Source: Rikenellaceae bacterium (GTDB lineage: Bacteria > Bacteroidota > Bacteroidia > Bacteroidales > Rikenellaceae). Taken from it: a stretch of 64,000 nt of DNA. Numbering within the stretch: the stretch's first letter is position 1; each line of letters opens with the position of its first letter. The stretch covers positions 29,886 to 93,885 of the forward strand of contig JAVBRO010000002.1 of assembly GCA_031547885.1 (NCBI GenBank). The letters run 5' to 3'. The position numbers were made by a program, and so were the translations under genes. Positions 29,833 through 38,302 of the stretch are shown here, one piece after another. The notes beneath the pieces are model-generated. The model saw nothing but the letters and a program-made list of their open reading frames with translations. It ran no database searches and had not been told where the DNA came from.

Positions 29833-31251
29833 TTATTCTTCGACCAGCCGTACCATACGTGTTTGCTCGAGATTGACGACCGCATCGGTGTCGCCGTTCG
29901 CCGCGGCTTTTTTGAACCAGTTGTCCGCCTTGTCGTAATCGCCCTGCATCATGCAGCAGACGCCGAGGGCATTCCACGTGATAGGATCGTTGCTGTGGGG
30001 TTTGAGCAACTGAAGGGCTTCTCCGAACTTCCGTTCGCTCATCAGGTCTATCGAGCGGTTGATGTCCGTTACAGCGCGGTTTTCAGGCGAATCGGGATCT
30101 ATCCATGTGGTGCGCCCGCGGGAGTCCGTGACAGCCGTTGCGACGGTGGCCCTGCGGTCGATCTGGTAGTAGACCTGCACGTATCCGCCGCTGCGCAGTT
30201 CCGGGAAGAAATTATCGAGCATATATCTGTATGGTCCGCCGCCGGAATATTTCATAAGCCGCGTTTTGCGTATCTCCTGCTCCATCGTGTAGGAGTCGAT
30301 AATGGAGAGTATATCATTTTTTCCGCCTTCCGGTACGTCCGAGTTCACCACCATTTCGCGCAGCCCGTCCCAATCCTCGCGCCCGTTGTAGAGTTCGAAA
30401 ATATCGTCACCTCTGTTCACCAGCGGTCTGAGGTAATTCCTGACGGCTTCGGCGCGCTGCTGAGCCAGACGGGTGTTCAATGCAAGCGGCCCTTCCGGCG
30501 AGGCGTATCCGGCGATAACGATCTTTTTCAGGACGGCATTGGGATCGCTGCGAATCAGTTCCAGCGCCCGGACTATGGATTCAAGAACCTCACTATTGCC
30601 TTTGAATCCGGGGTCGATGACCGCGGAGCCGGCTTTGAAGGTCAGTTTCGACGTGCCTTTCCCACGTTCATTCGACAGAATGTCGTAACGTCGAGAATAA
30701 TCCTCAGCCGGGTGCAGGAACGGATTGTCAAGATCGTATTTCTCAAGTTCTGTAAGATTATAATCGAGTTTTTCACGCGAATACGCCGGTGTCGGATTGA
30801 AATACAGCAGTTTGTCTTCCACCGCGCGTGATTCGGAATCGTATCGGCAGCAGCAATCCTCGCCCGACTGGCGTACGGATAACGATACCGTCTGCATCCA
30901 ATCTTCGAACGGGATGACAGTCGCGTAAGCGACAAGTTCCCTGCCCCTTGAGACCTTGATATATCCATCCGTACCGAGGCCTTTACGCAGGTCCGACAGG
31001 CGCTTATTGCGTTTTGAGAGGGTTACCGGTTCGAGGGATTTCGAACGGCCGGCATCGTTGTAAAGCACCGGAATGAATTCTGCTTTATAATTTTTCGGAA
31101 AGCCCTGCGGGTCTATCGTGAAGTTCACGACCACCTGATCGCCCGATTTGCGTACCGCAGCGTCGCTTACAGCGGAACCGTATTGAGGTTTCGTCCCGAA
31201 CGCGCTCAGACAAAGCATCATAAGAGGCAGTATGAGATATATCTTTTTCAT
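29833..31251 (-). CDS. DUF3868-like N-terminal domain plus C-terminal OmpA-family peptidoglycan-binding domain protein
   Basis: OmpA motif IVIAGYASPEGPLALNTRLAQQRAEAVRNYL. Positioned after the DUF3575 gene, as in Bacteroides fimbrial loci. Confidence 0.7.
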   Translation of the reverse strand: MKKIYLILPLMMLCLSAFGTKPQYGSAVSDAAVRKSGDQVVVNFTIDPQGFPKNYKAEFIPVLYNDAGRSKSLEPVTLSKRNKRLSDLRKGLGTDGYIKVSRGRELVAYATVIPFEDWMQTVSLSVRQSGEDCCCRYDSESRAVEDKLLYFNPTPAYSREKLDYNLTELEKYDLDNPFLHPAEDYSRRYDILSNERGKGTSKLTFKAGSAVIDPGFKGNSEVLESIVRALELIRSDPNAVLKKIVIAGYASPEGPLALNTRLAQQRAEAVRNYLRPLVNRGDDIFELYNGREDWDGLREMVVNSDVPEGGKNDILSIIDSYTMEQEIRKTRLMKYSGGGPYRYMLDNFFPELRSGGYVQVYYQIDRRATVATAVTDSRGRTTWIDPDSPENRAVTDINRSIDLMSERKFGEALQLLKPHSNDPITWNALGVCCMMQGDYDKADNWFKKAAANGDTDAVVNLEQTRMVRLVEE

Positions 31252-31257
31252 GATGTA

Positions 31258-31998
31258 CTATTTGATAAGATAGACCAATGTTATTCCCGCGCTGGTGGGA
31301 CCGAAATAGTTGCGCTGCCGGCCTACGCCGGCGCTTTCGCCGCAGTGGGGACAGTCGTAGCGGTCGTAGCGCATGTAGCCGTATCCCACCCCGATGGTGA
31401 ATTCGATGTTCCATTTGCGGTTGAGCATCAGGCCGTAGCCGTAGGAGAAGCCCACCCCTGCCATCCAGCCGTCGTAGCGGTATTCTTTCGAGCCTTTGCC
31501 GAACATCAGCGGCATCTCATGTTCTGAAATGTTATACTTTGTGTAGAGCAGGTGCCCGCCTATGAAATGGCCGTTGAAACGTTCGCAGAACCAGTGACGG
31601 TATTCGCCCTGAACGAGCCAGTGGGCCAGTTTCCGGTTGTCCTCGGCACTCCCGTTAAGGTTCCAGCCGTTGTATCCGGCCCCAAGGGCGAGGGTGCTGC
31701 GGCGTCCTAGTCCCGCTTCGAGCCCGAGGTTGGGAGCTAAAGCCAGCCCGCCGTAAAGCAGGTTGGTCTTTATGGCGAACTTCATCGGGGTGCCGGTAAG
31801 AACAGCCTTGCTGCCTGATAAGGAATGTTGGAGATCGATTTGCGGCGAACTAACCGAACCTGCCGCTTCGCTTAGGGGTCGAGCGCTCATCCCCACATCT
31901 GTCTGTCCCCGCAGCCCCGATACTGGACACAGTATCAGCAACGACAGCAAGACTGTATATATGACTTTTGAATTCATGCCTCTGTTATTAATATTCAT
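31258..31998 (-). CDS. DUF3575-like outer membrane protein (first structural gene of type V pilus locus)
   Basis: 246 aa with a signal peptide and Gly/aromatic-rich beta-barrel-like sequence. The start overlaps the upstream small ORF's stop (ATGA). Confidence 0.6.
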   Translation of the reverse strand: MNINNRGMNSKVIYTVLLSLLILCPVSGLRGQTDVGMSARPLSEAAGSVSSPQIDLQHSLSGSKAVLTGTPMKFAIKTNLLYGGLALAPNLGLEAGLGRRSTLALGAGYNGWNLNGSAEDNRKLAHWLVQGEYRHWFCERFNGHFIGGHLLYTKYNISEHEMPLMFGKGSKEYRYDGWMAGVGFSYGYGLMLNRKWNIEFTIGVGYGYMRYDRYDCPHCGESAGVGRQRNYFGPTSAGITLVYLIK

Positions 31999-32270
31999 TC
32001 CTTTTGTTTCCTTCGCTCTTCAGCCAGTGTGGCGCGCACGCTTTCCAGTGAAAGATATTTCCCGAACGGATAGACATCCTCATATTTCGTAAAGCTGTCC
32101 CAAATCTTTTCAAGAGCTTTGGCAACATCCTCGCGCTCGCTGTTCCTTATCAGCCACCGTTGTACATCCTCGACTATATCTCCTGGCAGCGACCTCTTAG
32201 AGAAATAAGGGAACAGTATAATCTCTATAAAGCTCTCAGGTATTCCCGGTTTTAGTTCATTTTTTTTCAT
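31995..32270 (-). CDS. Small hypothetical protein leading the pilus operon (start uncertain)
   Basis: About 91 aa from MKKNELKP. Translationally coupled (ATGA overlap) to the DUF3575 gene. No recognisable motif. Confidence 0.35.
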   Translation of the reverse strand: MKKNELKPGIPESFIEIILFPYFSKRSLPGDIVEDVQRWLIRNSEREDVAKALEKIWDSFTKYEDVYPFGKYLSLESVRATLAEERRKQKE

Positions 32271-32324
32271 ACGCCCACCTCTGATCAGATTGCTAATCCG
32301 GCGATTGTTAGACTGACGGTGCAA

Positions 32325-32455
32325 AAATATGGGGGGGCGTTATAAAGATTTTATTAAAAGAGGGATATGTGATATAAAGATTTCATAAAAATGACATCCC
32401 CTTGTGTTATACATATATAAAAATGTCCTAATTTTGATTTGGTAAAAGGAGGCTA
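32325..32455. promoter_or_regulatory. AT-rich divergent promoter region between the pilus operon and the KdpD-like kinase gene
   Basis: TAATTTTG (-7-like, Bacteroidota consensus TAnnTTTG) about 25 nt upstream of the ATG at 32456. AT-rich on both sides. Confidence 0.35.
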
Positions 32456-34474
32456 ATGAAAACCCAAAGGAAAAACAAGAAAAAACCGGACGACGAGCCC
32501 GCCTTTCGAGAGCGTGCCGCACCAGTTGCGTCAGAGCATCCCAACGGGAATCGAGCCGCAGACAGCGAACATATTCTCGCAGTGCTGGTTCCGGGCATGA
32601 ATTGCCGGAAAGTGATACTGCGAGCGCAGAAGCTGGCTGCCGGAGGTTCGGGATGGAGCGTCATTTACACCAAGGATCCCTCTTCATGGAAGAACAACGT
32701 GCTGCTCGCGCAGGATCTGGAACTTGCACGGCGCCTCGGAGCCGACATAAAGGCTTTTCCCGGAAGCAGGCCGGTACAGGCATGTGCCGAAGCCGCCCGG
32801 AGAGAGAAGGCCGGCGTGATAGTGGTCGGACACAGAAAAGGGCTCATGCGCTACTTCGGCGACATCCGCCGCTTGCACAAACTTGCGACGTTGTGTCCTG
32901 AAACGGAGATATCCGTCGTGCCGGCAAATACATGGGATAAAGACCGGAAATGGCCCTCAGTTGAGCCCCTCCCGCAATACGTACGCAAACATGACCGCCT
33001 TCGGGTTTTTGCAACTATCGTGTTGTCCGCCATTGCAATAGCTGCACTCTGTACATTGATGCTGGGCCGCGAGGGCGCACAGTACGCTGCAACAGGCATC
33101 CTGTTGATTTTGCTCTATGTGATCGCGGCGACAGGAAGGGGAACCATATTATTCTTCGTGCTGCTTTCAGCTGTCGTTTTTACGGTCATGCTGATCTCCC
33201 CCTATTTTTCATTACAGTTGCATAATTTCAAAGAGGACCTCTTCTTTATTCTGTGCTTCTTCGCTATCGTCATTGCCAATGGACTGTTGGCACTCAGATA
33301 TCAAAAACATCGCAGGGAGATAGAGCGTCAAGCCCGCCACGCCAATGCGTTGTTCGAAACGGCGCGCAGGCTAGCTAATGCGACCGATATTGATTATGTG
33401 ATAAATGCAAGCATGCAGGAGATACATAAACACATCTCCCTGAATGTATTTTTCATCTTTCAGGACGGCAAGGGAAATCTGACCAACCGTAAATTTGTCC
33501 CTAAAGAATCAATTCTAACTGCGGATGACATGGAAGCCGCCCGCTGCGCTTTTAAACACAATCGCCAAACGGGGCGTTTTACTTCTCACTGCAGTTCGTC
33601 CCGCTATACATTCGACCCTCTCAATGCACCGACGCGTCGGTTGGGTGTTGTTGTAACGGAACTGAACCGGCAACCCGATGCGGATGCGGTTGTTTTCCGC
33701 GACGAAATGTTCGAGCAGATCGCTCGTACGCTGGAATTCCATCTCGTGCAACGTCAGGCGAGAGACGCCAAATTGCTGAAAGAGTCGGGAGAGCTTTACA
33801 AGACGCTGTTCAAATCCATTTCGCATGAACTGAGAAGTCCCCTGTCGGCAATTGTAGGGGCTTCGGATATCCTGCTTTCCAAGCCCCACGCCGATGCTAC
33901 CGACCGTGAACTTTGCGTGGTGATAATGAAGGCTTCGGAACGGCTCGATAAAGTGATCGAGAATCTGCTCAATATGTCGCGCCTCGAATCGGGACATATA
34001 GCGGCCGATCCCGTTCCGTGCGACGTCTATGACCTTTTGGCGAGTGTTGCCAACAATTTGTCCACGGAGCTCTCGGCTTTCGACTTCCATATTCGAATGC
34101 ACGCCCCGGTTCCTATTGTGGAACTCGACTTCGGATTGACGGAACAGGCGCTCTATAACCTCGTGTACAATTCCACTCAGCATGCGCCTGCGGGAACGGC
34201 GATCACCCTCGAAGCCTCGTATGCGGATGGTTGGATCGAACTTGTGGAAACCGACAGCGGGTCTGGTTTCGACGAAAGCTCCCTGACACATGTGTTCGAT
34301 AAGTTCTGGCGCAAAAAAAACAGCAAGCCCGGAGGCCTGGGACTCGGCCTGTCGATAGTAAAAGGCTTTGTAGAAGCCCAGGAAGGTACGGTTGCAGTCG
34401 CCAACAGAACGGAAGGCGGGGTACGCTTCACGATCAGGATCCCGGTTAAAACCGTAAATACACCCGAAGTATGA
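32456..34474 (+). CDS. Sensor histidine kinase, KdpD C-terminal-half type (Usp domain - 4 TM - GAF - HisKA - HATPase), lacking the KdpD N-terminal sensor domain
   Basis: Usp-like region (ILAVLVPGMNCRKVILRAQKLA...VIVVGHRKG), then 4 TM helices. H-box SHELRSPLSAI; N-box/G-boxes (DSGSGFDESSL, GGLGLGLSIVKG). Confidence 0.75.
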   Translation: MKTQRKNKKKPDDEPAFRERAAPVASEHPNGNRAADSEHILAVLVPGMNCRKVILRAQKLAAGGSGWSVIYTKDPSSWKNNVLLAQDLELARRLGADIKAFPGSRPVQACAEAARREKAGVIVVGHRKGLMRYFGDIRRLHKLATLCPETEISVVPANTWDKDRKWPSVEPLPQYVRKHDRLRVFATIVLSAIAIAALCTLMLGREGAQYAATGILLILLYVIAATGRGTILFFVLLSAVVFTVMLISPYFSLQLHNFKEDLFFILCFFAIVIANGLLALRYQKHRREIERQARHANALFETARRLANATDIDYVINASMQEIHKHISLNVFFIFQDGKGNLTNRKFVPKESILTADDMEAARCAFKHNRQTGRFTSHCSSSRYTFDPLNAPTRRLGVVVTELNRQPDADAVVFRDEMFEQIARTLEFHLVQRQARDAKLLKESGELYKTLFKSISHELRSPLSAIVGASDILLSKPHADATDRELCVVIMKASERLDKVIENLLNMSRLESGHIAADPVPCDVYDLLASVANNLSTELSAFDFHIRMHAPVPIVELDFGLTEQALYNLVYNSTQHAPAGTAITLEASYADGWIELVETDSGSGFDESSLTHVFDKFWRKKNSKPGGLGLGLSIVKGFVEAQEGTVAVANRTEGGVRFTIRIPVKTVNTPEV

Positions 34475-35154
34475 ATGACACACTGATACTCATCGTAGAC
34501 GATGAACCGGCCATCCGCCGGCTGCTTGTAATAGCCCTGCAGACGGAAGGATATAAGACAATAGAGGCTGCTACCGGAGAGGAGGCCCTGGCCATGACTG
34601 CGTCGTACAATCCGGCCATGGTCCTGCTCGACCTGGGGCTGCCGGGAATAGACGGCAAAGAAGTGCTGAACCGTCTGCGAGAATGGTATGCCCGGCCGAT
34701 AATGATCCTGTCTGTCCGCAATTCGGAAGAGGATATAGTGGTAGCCCTGGACAGCGGTGCAAACGACTATCTTACAAAGCCTTTCCGCGTCCGGGAACTG
34801 CAGGCGCGGATTCGGCTTTCACTACGGAAGCATGGAGAAACAGATTCAGACCCGGTGATCGATGTGGGTAATTTGAGCATTGACCTGGCTAACCGCATCG
34901 TCCGCAAGAGTGGCGAAATACTCCGCTTTACATCCACCGAATTTGCCATGCTGTCGCTGTTTGCCCGCAACCGCGGCCGCGTGCTTACACATCAATATAT
35001 CATAAGGGAGGTATGGGGCGATCTGGTTTATGCCGACCAGAGCCAGAATCTGCGTGTATTCATAGCTAGTCTGCGTAAAAAAATAGAGCCTGATCCGTCG
35101 GAGCCCACTCTGCTGCTTACCGAATCGAGGATCGGCTACCGGTTCGGGTTGTGA
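34471..35154 (+). CDS. OmpR-family response regulator, KdpE-like
   Basis: Receiver domain (LIVDDEP...LLDLGLPG.DG) plus a winged-helix trans_reg_C domain (LTHQYIIREVWG...LRVFIASLRKKIE). 4-nt overlap with the kinase gene. Confidence 0.85.
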   Translation: MNDTLILIVDDEPAIRRLLVIALQTEGYKTIEAATGEEALAMTASYNPAMVLLDLGLPGIDGKEVLNRLREWYARPIMILSVRNSEEDIVVALDSGANDYLTKPFRVRELQARIRLSLRKHGETDSDPVIDVGNLSIDLANRIVRKSGEILRFTSTEFAMLSLFARNRGRVLTHQYIIREVWGDLVYADQSQNLRVFIASLRKKIEPDPSEPTLLLTESRIGYRFGL

Positions 35155-35316
35155 ATACACTTTCTAATATCCGCTGCTCAAAGAATGGCACTTTCCGGTA
35201 AAAAGCAGACTACCTCACATTTATCTCCTTAAAACTCCAATCGGCAAAATATTTCGTTTCCACATCGCAGCCGTGTTTACTTTTCATTTAACATTGATTT
35301 CCGGGAAATTCCATTC

Positions 35317-36582
35317 TTAATAGAATTTTGAAGCTTCGCCGCTCATTTGCGTCCCTGAAGACAGCAAGCCGAGGATGCCGCCGTAGCCCGATTTTGTTTT
35401 GCCATCCGGAAGCGGCGAAACCCCACCGTGCGTGAGCGAAAAGCGGCGGGAAGAGAACGGCGGGAAGAAGAACAACTGCGTCTCCTTCCGTTCCTTGCCC
35501 GAACCCGTCAACGTCCATGCCTTCTTATAATCGGCGGGCATCATGCGCCATGTCTCGCCCGTATCCAGGTCTGTTACCGTGAGCGAGCCTTTCCACCCGC
35601 CCGAGTTGCGTGCGCCGCCGTACGGCACCCAGCGAGATGGGGTTTGCTTGCGGTCGCCCACCTCGGCCGGAGCGACACTCAGTTGTATGACGGTGCAGTC
35701 CGGTTCGTAGGCGACACCGACAAGGGTGATCTTGGTCCCATTATCCACCCATTCTTCGCCTTTCTTCACGGCTTTCGGGGTCATATACAAAATAGGCGCC
35801 TGGGTCCCGACCATTGTAAAGCGGTTCAGGGCGCTTTGTTTCAGGGTAAATTCCTTGTACTTCAAAATGTCGTATCCCTTAGGGTCCTTGCCGCCGCCTT
35901 TTTCTTCTATATCGTAAAAGTGTCCCATCAGGCGCTCGGTCTGGCGGTCTATGGTCTGCTCCCATGCGTCCACACCGTCGAGCCCTACGGAGAGGGCTAG
36001 CATCTCGCCTGCATCTTCGGGAAATGCGGCGAGTTCCACCCAACCGGTTTTGCCGTCGGCGGTCGTGATGTTGAATTCCCGCTCGTTGAATGAGATTCCG
36101 TTGACTGTTACCTTTTCATCGACGCGGAGTGATGACGCACCCCCCTTTTGGTTTCGCTTTTCGTAAAGTTTGGGTGCGGAGCCGTCTGGCAGGACCTGAA
36201 TATAGTCGCCGCAGTAGATCGAGGCAAACACACGGTTGCTGTTTTTATAATATGAGGTCGTGCCCTTCCATCCGAAAAAAACGATCGCCACGGCCGCCGC
36301 GATCGCAATGAGTTTCCGCCCGTGTCGTATCCGCCGGAAATTCCAGATGAACACCAATGCTGTGATCGCCGCAAGAATGACCAGCGGGTATAGCATGAAT
36401 GCCTTTGCCAGTATCCACGCGCCGCGTAATCCGGCGGCAAGTATCAGTATGATCACGGCGATAAATGCGCCCCCTATCGCGTATAAGATAATAGGGCCCA
36501 TTGAGCCCAACATAGCGCTGCCCATTGCCGTTGTTGCCGCGGCGGCTTTCTCCGCTGCTCTTCTTTGTTGTATGTCGTCCAT
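35317..36582 (-). CDS. Polytopic membrane protein with large C-terminal soluble domain (hypothetical)
   Basis: 3 to 4 N-terminal TM helices, then about 280 aa of soluble sequence. Last gene of the six-gene minus-strand operon. Confidence 0.5.
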   Translation of the reverse strand: MDDIQQRRAAEKAAAATTAMGSAMLGSMGPIILYAIGGAFIAVIILILAAGLRGAWILAKAFMLYPLVILAAITALVFIWNFRRIRHGRKLIAIAAAVAIVFFGWKGTTSYYKNSNRVFASIYCGDYIQVLPDGSAPKLYEKRNQKGGASSLRVDEKVTVNGISFNEREFNITTADGKTGWVELAAFPEDAGEMLALSVGLDGVDAWEQTIDRQTERLMGHFYDIEEKGGGKDPKGYDILKYKEFTLKQSALNRFTMVGTQAPILYMTPKAVKKGEEWVDNGTKITLVGVAYEPDCTVIQLSVAPAEVGDRKQTPSRWVPYGGARNSGGWKGSLTVTDLDTGETWRMMPADYKKAWTLTGSGKERKETQLFFFPPFSSRRFSLTHGGVSPLPDGKTKSGYGGILGLLSSGTQMSGEASKFY

Positions 36583-36671
36583 GATATTTTTATTTTACGT
36601 CCACTCTTTTGAGGACTTTAAATTTGAATCGTTAATTATTGGTTTATAAATAAAGCATGTCTTAGAACTCT

Positions 36672-38300
36672 CTACTGCGTGACTACAGGGATATAGCCGG
36701 TGTAGGTGCCGGTAAGTGTGTAGGGATTGCTGCTGGCATCCACCACGTTCAGGTTGAGCGTGATCGCATAAGTATCGCCGTCGAGGCCCACTGTTACCGA
36801 GCCGCTCTGGGGCGTCAGTTGGTGTCCGTTGAATATGCCGTACTGGAAGAAGCAGACATGGACCGTGCTCGCCCACATGGTGCTGAAGTTATACGTCCCG
36901 GCCAGCAGGCGGACATACGTGGCGGGCATGGTCAGCGTCAGGGGCACGGCGTCCGTAGCCACTCCGCCGGAATAGAACGTGAGCAGGGCCCTTCGGCCCG
37001 TGGCGTCGTTCGTAATAGTCTGCGTCGCGCCGTCAAGTACCAGCGAGTTGGAGAGTTTACTGAAGATGAAGTTCCCCGTTCCACCCGATGGCTGCTCGGC
37101 CGGGGGCGGCGTTCCGTCGGCCCTCACTGCCTTTTGTGTGATCTTTACCTCCTTGGTTTTTCCACCGCACGAGATGGCAACCCAGCCGGTGCGTTCCTCG
37201 CCCGTGCGGTTTACGTTGAGAGCGAAGGACATGCTGTGCTGCCCTGCCGCCGCGCCGGAAGCCGGACTCGGAGTGATCCAGTCGGGTATCACGGCCGATG
37301 TAATCCCGCGGATAGCCGACGTCCATGCGCCGGTTGTGGTGAACACCAGGTCGGTCGCGCATGTGTTGTCCGCGTAGACAGTCTGGACGAGATTGGCCTC
37401 GTCGCGTATCGTTATGGGGTCCGCGCCGGCGGGAGCAACGCCGCCCGTGACGTAACCCGTGTATTTGCCGGTTATGGTGCCCGTCACGCCGTCGTCGGAC
37501 GCGACTGTGATGTTGAGATCCAGAGTGTATGTGTTGCCGCTCAGGCTGACCGTCACCGTTCCTCCATTGGCGGTGTAACCCTTCGTTCCGATCGTGCCTT
37601 TGCCTGCAAAGAAACTGTTGTTCGTGGCGACGGGAGTGGGGCTGAAACGGTATGTGCCCGCAATAAGCCGCGAGGGCGCCTGCGCCATATGGAATTCGAG
37701 GTATAACGCATCGTCCTGCGCTACTCCGTTCTTATAGAAAGTCACTCTGGCCTTGTTCACGGCGGAGTTAACGGCGCTGATGCTCTGCCTCGCGCCGTCG
37801 ACCGGAAGCGACACGGTGGACCAGTTGTAGATAAAATTCCCTGAACCGCCGTACTCCGCCTCAACGGGCGTCGTTCCGTCGGCCTTGGTGCCTTTCTGGG
37901 TTATTGTGATGTCGATCTTCTCGCCGTCGCAGTCAATGGTGATCGTTGCCGCGCGGTCTTCGCCGGAGGTGTTGGGGTCGAGGGTTATCTCCACCTTATG
38001 TTTGCCCGCGCCCCCGCTGGCGGGAACGATGGTAACCCAAGACGTCGAGGGCAAATCGCTGACTGACGAACGAACCGCGCTCCCGGCGATGGAAGAGGTC
38101 CACGGAGCGGCGGTGGTGAAATCGACGCTGGCGGCCACCCCTTCGTTGTCGGCGAAAACGGTGGGCGTCAGGTTCTGGTTGCCGGGCACGGTTATCGTGG
38201 CGGGCGTTCCTTCTTCCGCTCCTTTGTCGCACGCCGTGAAGAGCATTGCGGCCGGAAGCAATAATGCGATGAATGAGAATGATTTTTTCATTTGTATCAT
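36672..38300 (-). CDS. Lipoprotein with two BACON-like domains and an internally duplicated ~250-aa module
   Basis: Lipoprotein signal MKKSFSFIALLLPAAMLFTAC. Two BACON-like cores (WVTIVPASGGAGKHKVEITLDPNTSGEDRAATITI.CDGEKIDITITQ and WITPSPASGAAAGQHSMSFALNVNRTGEERTGWVAISCGGKTKEVKITQ), each followed by a similar GTxADGTxP...GGxGNFI module. Confidence 0.55.
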   Translation of the reverse strand: MIQMKKSFSFIALLLPAAMLFTACDKGAEEGTPATITVPGNQNLTPTVFADNEGVAASVDFTTAAPWTSSIAGSAVRSSVSDLPSTSWVTIVPASGGAGKHKVEITLDPNTSGEDRAATITIDCDGEKIDITITQKGTKADGTTPVEAEYGGSGNFIYNWSTVSLPVDGARQSISAVNSAVNKARVTFYKNGVAQDDALYLEFHMAQAPSRLIAGTYRFSPTPVATNNSFFAGKGTIGTKGYTANGGTVTVSLSGNTYTLDLNITVASDDGVTGTITGKYTGYVTGGVAPAGADPITIRDEANLVQTVYADNTCATDLVFTTTGAWTSAIRGITSAVIPDWITPSPASGAAAGQHSMSFALNVNRTGEERTGWVAISCGGKTKEVKITQKAVRADGTPPPAEQPSGGTGNFIFSKLSNSLVLDGATQTITNDATGRRALLTFYSGGVATDAVPLTLTMPATYVRLLAGTYNFSTMWASTVHVCFFQYGIFNGHQLTPQSGSVTVGLDGDTYAITLNLNVVDASSNPYTLTGTYTGYIPVVTQ

Positions 38301-38302
38301 AT

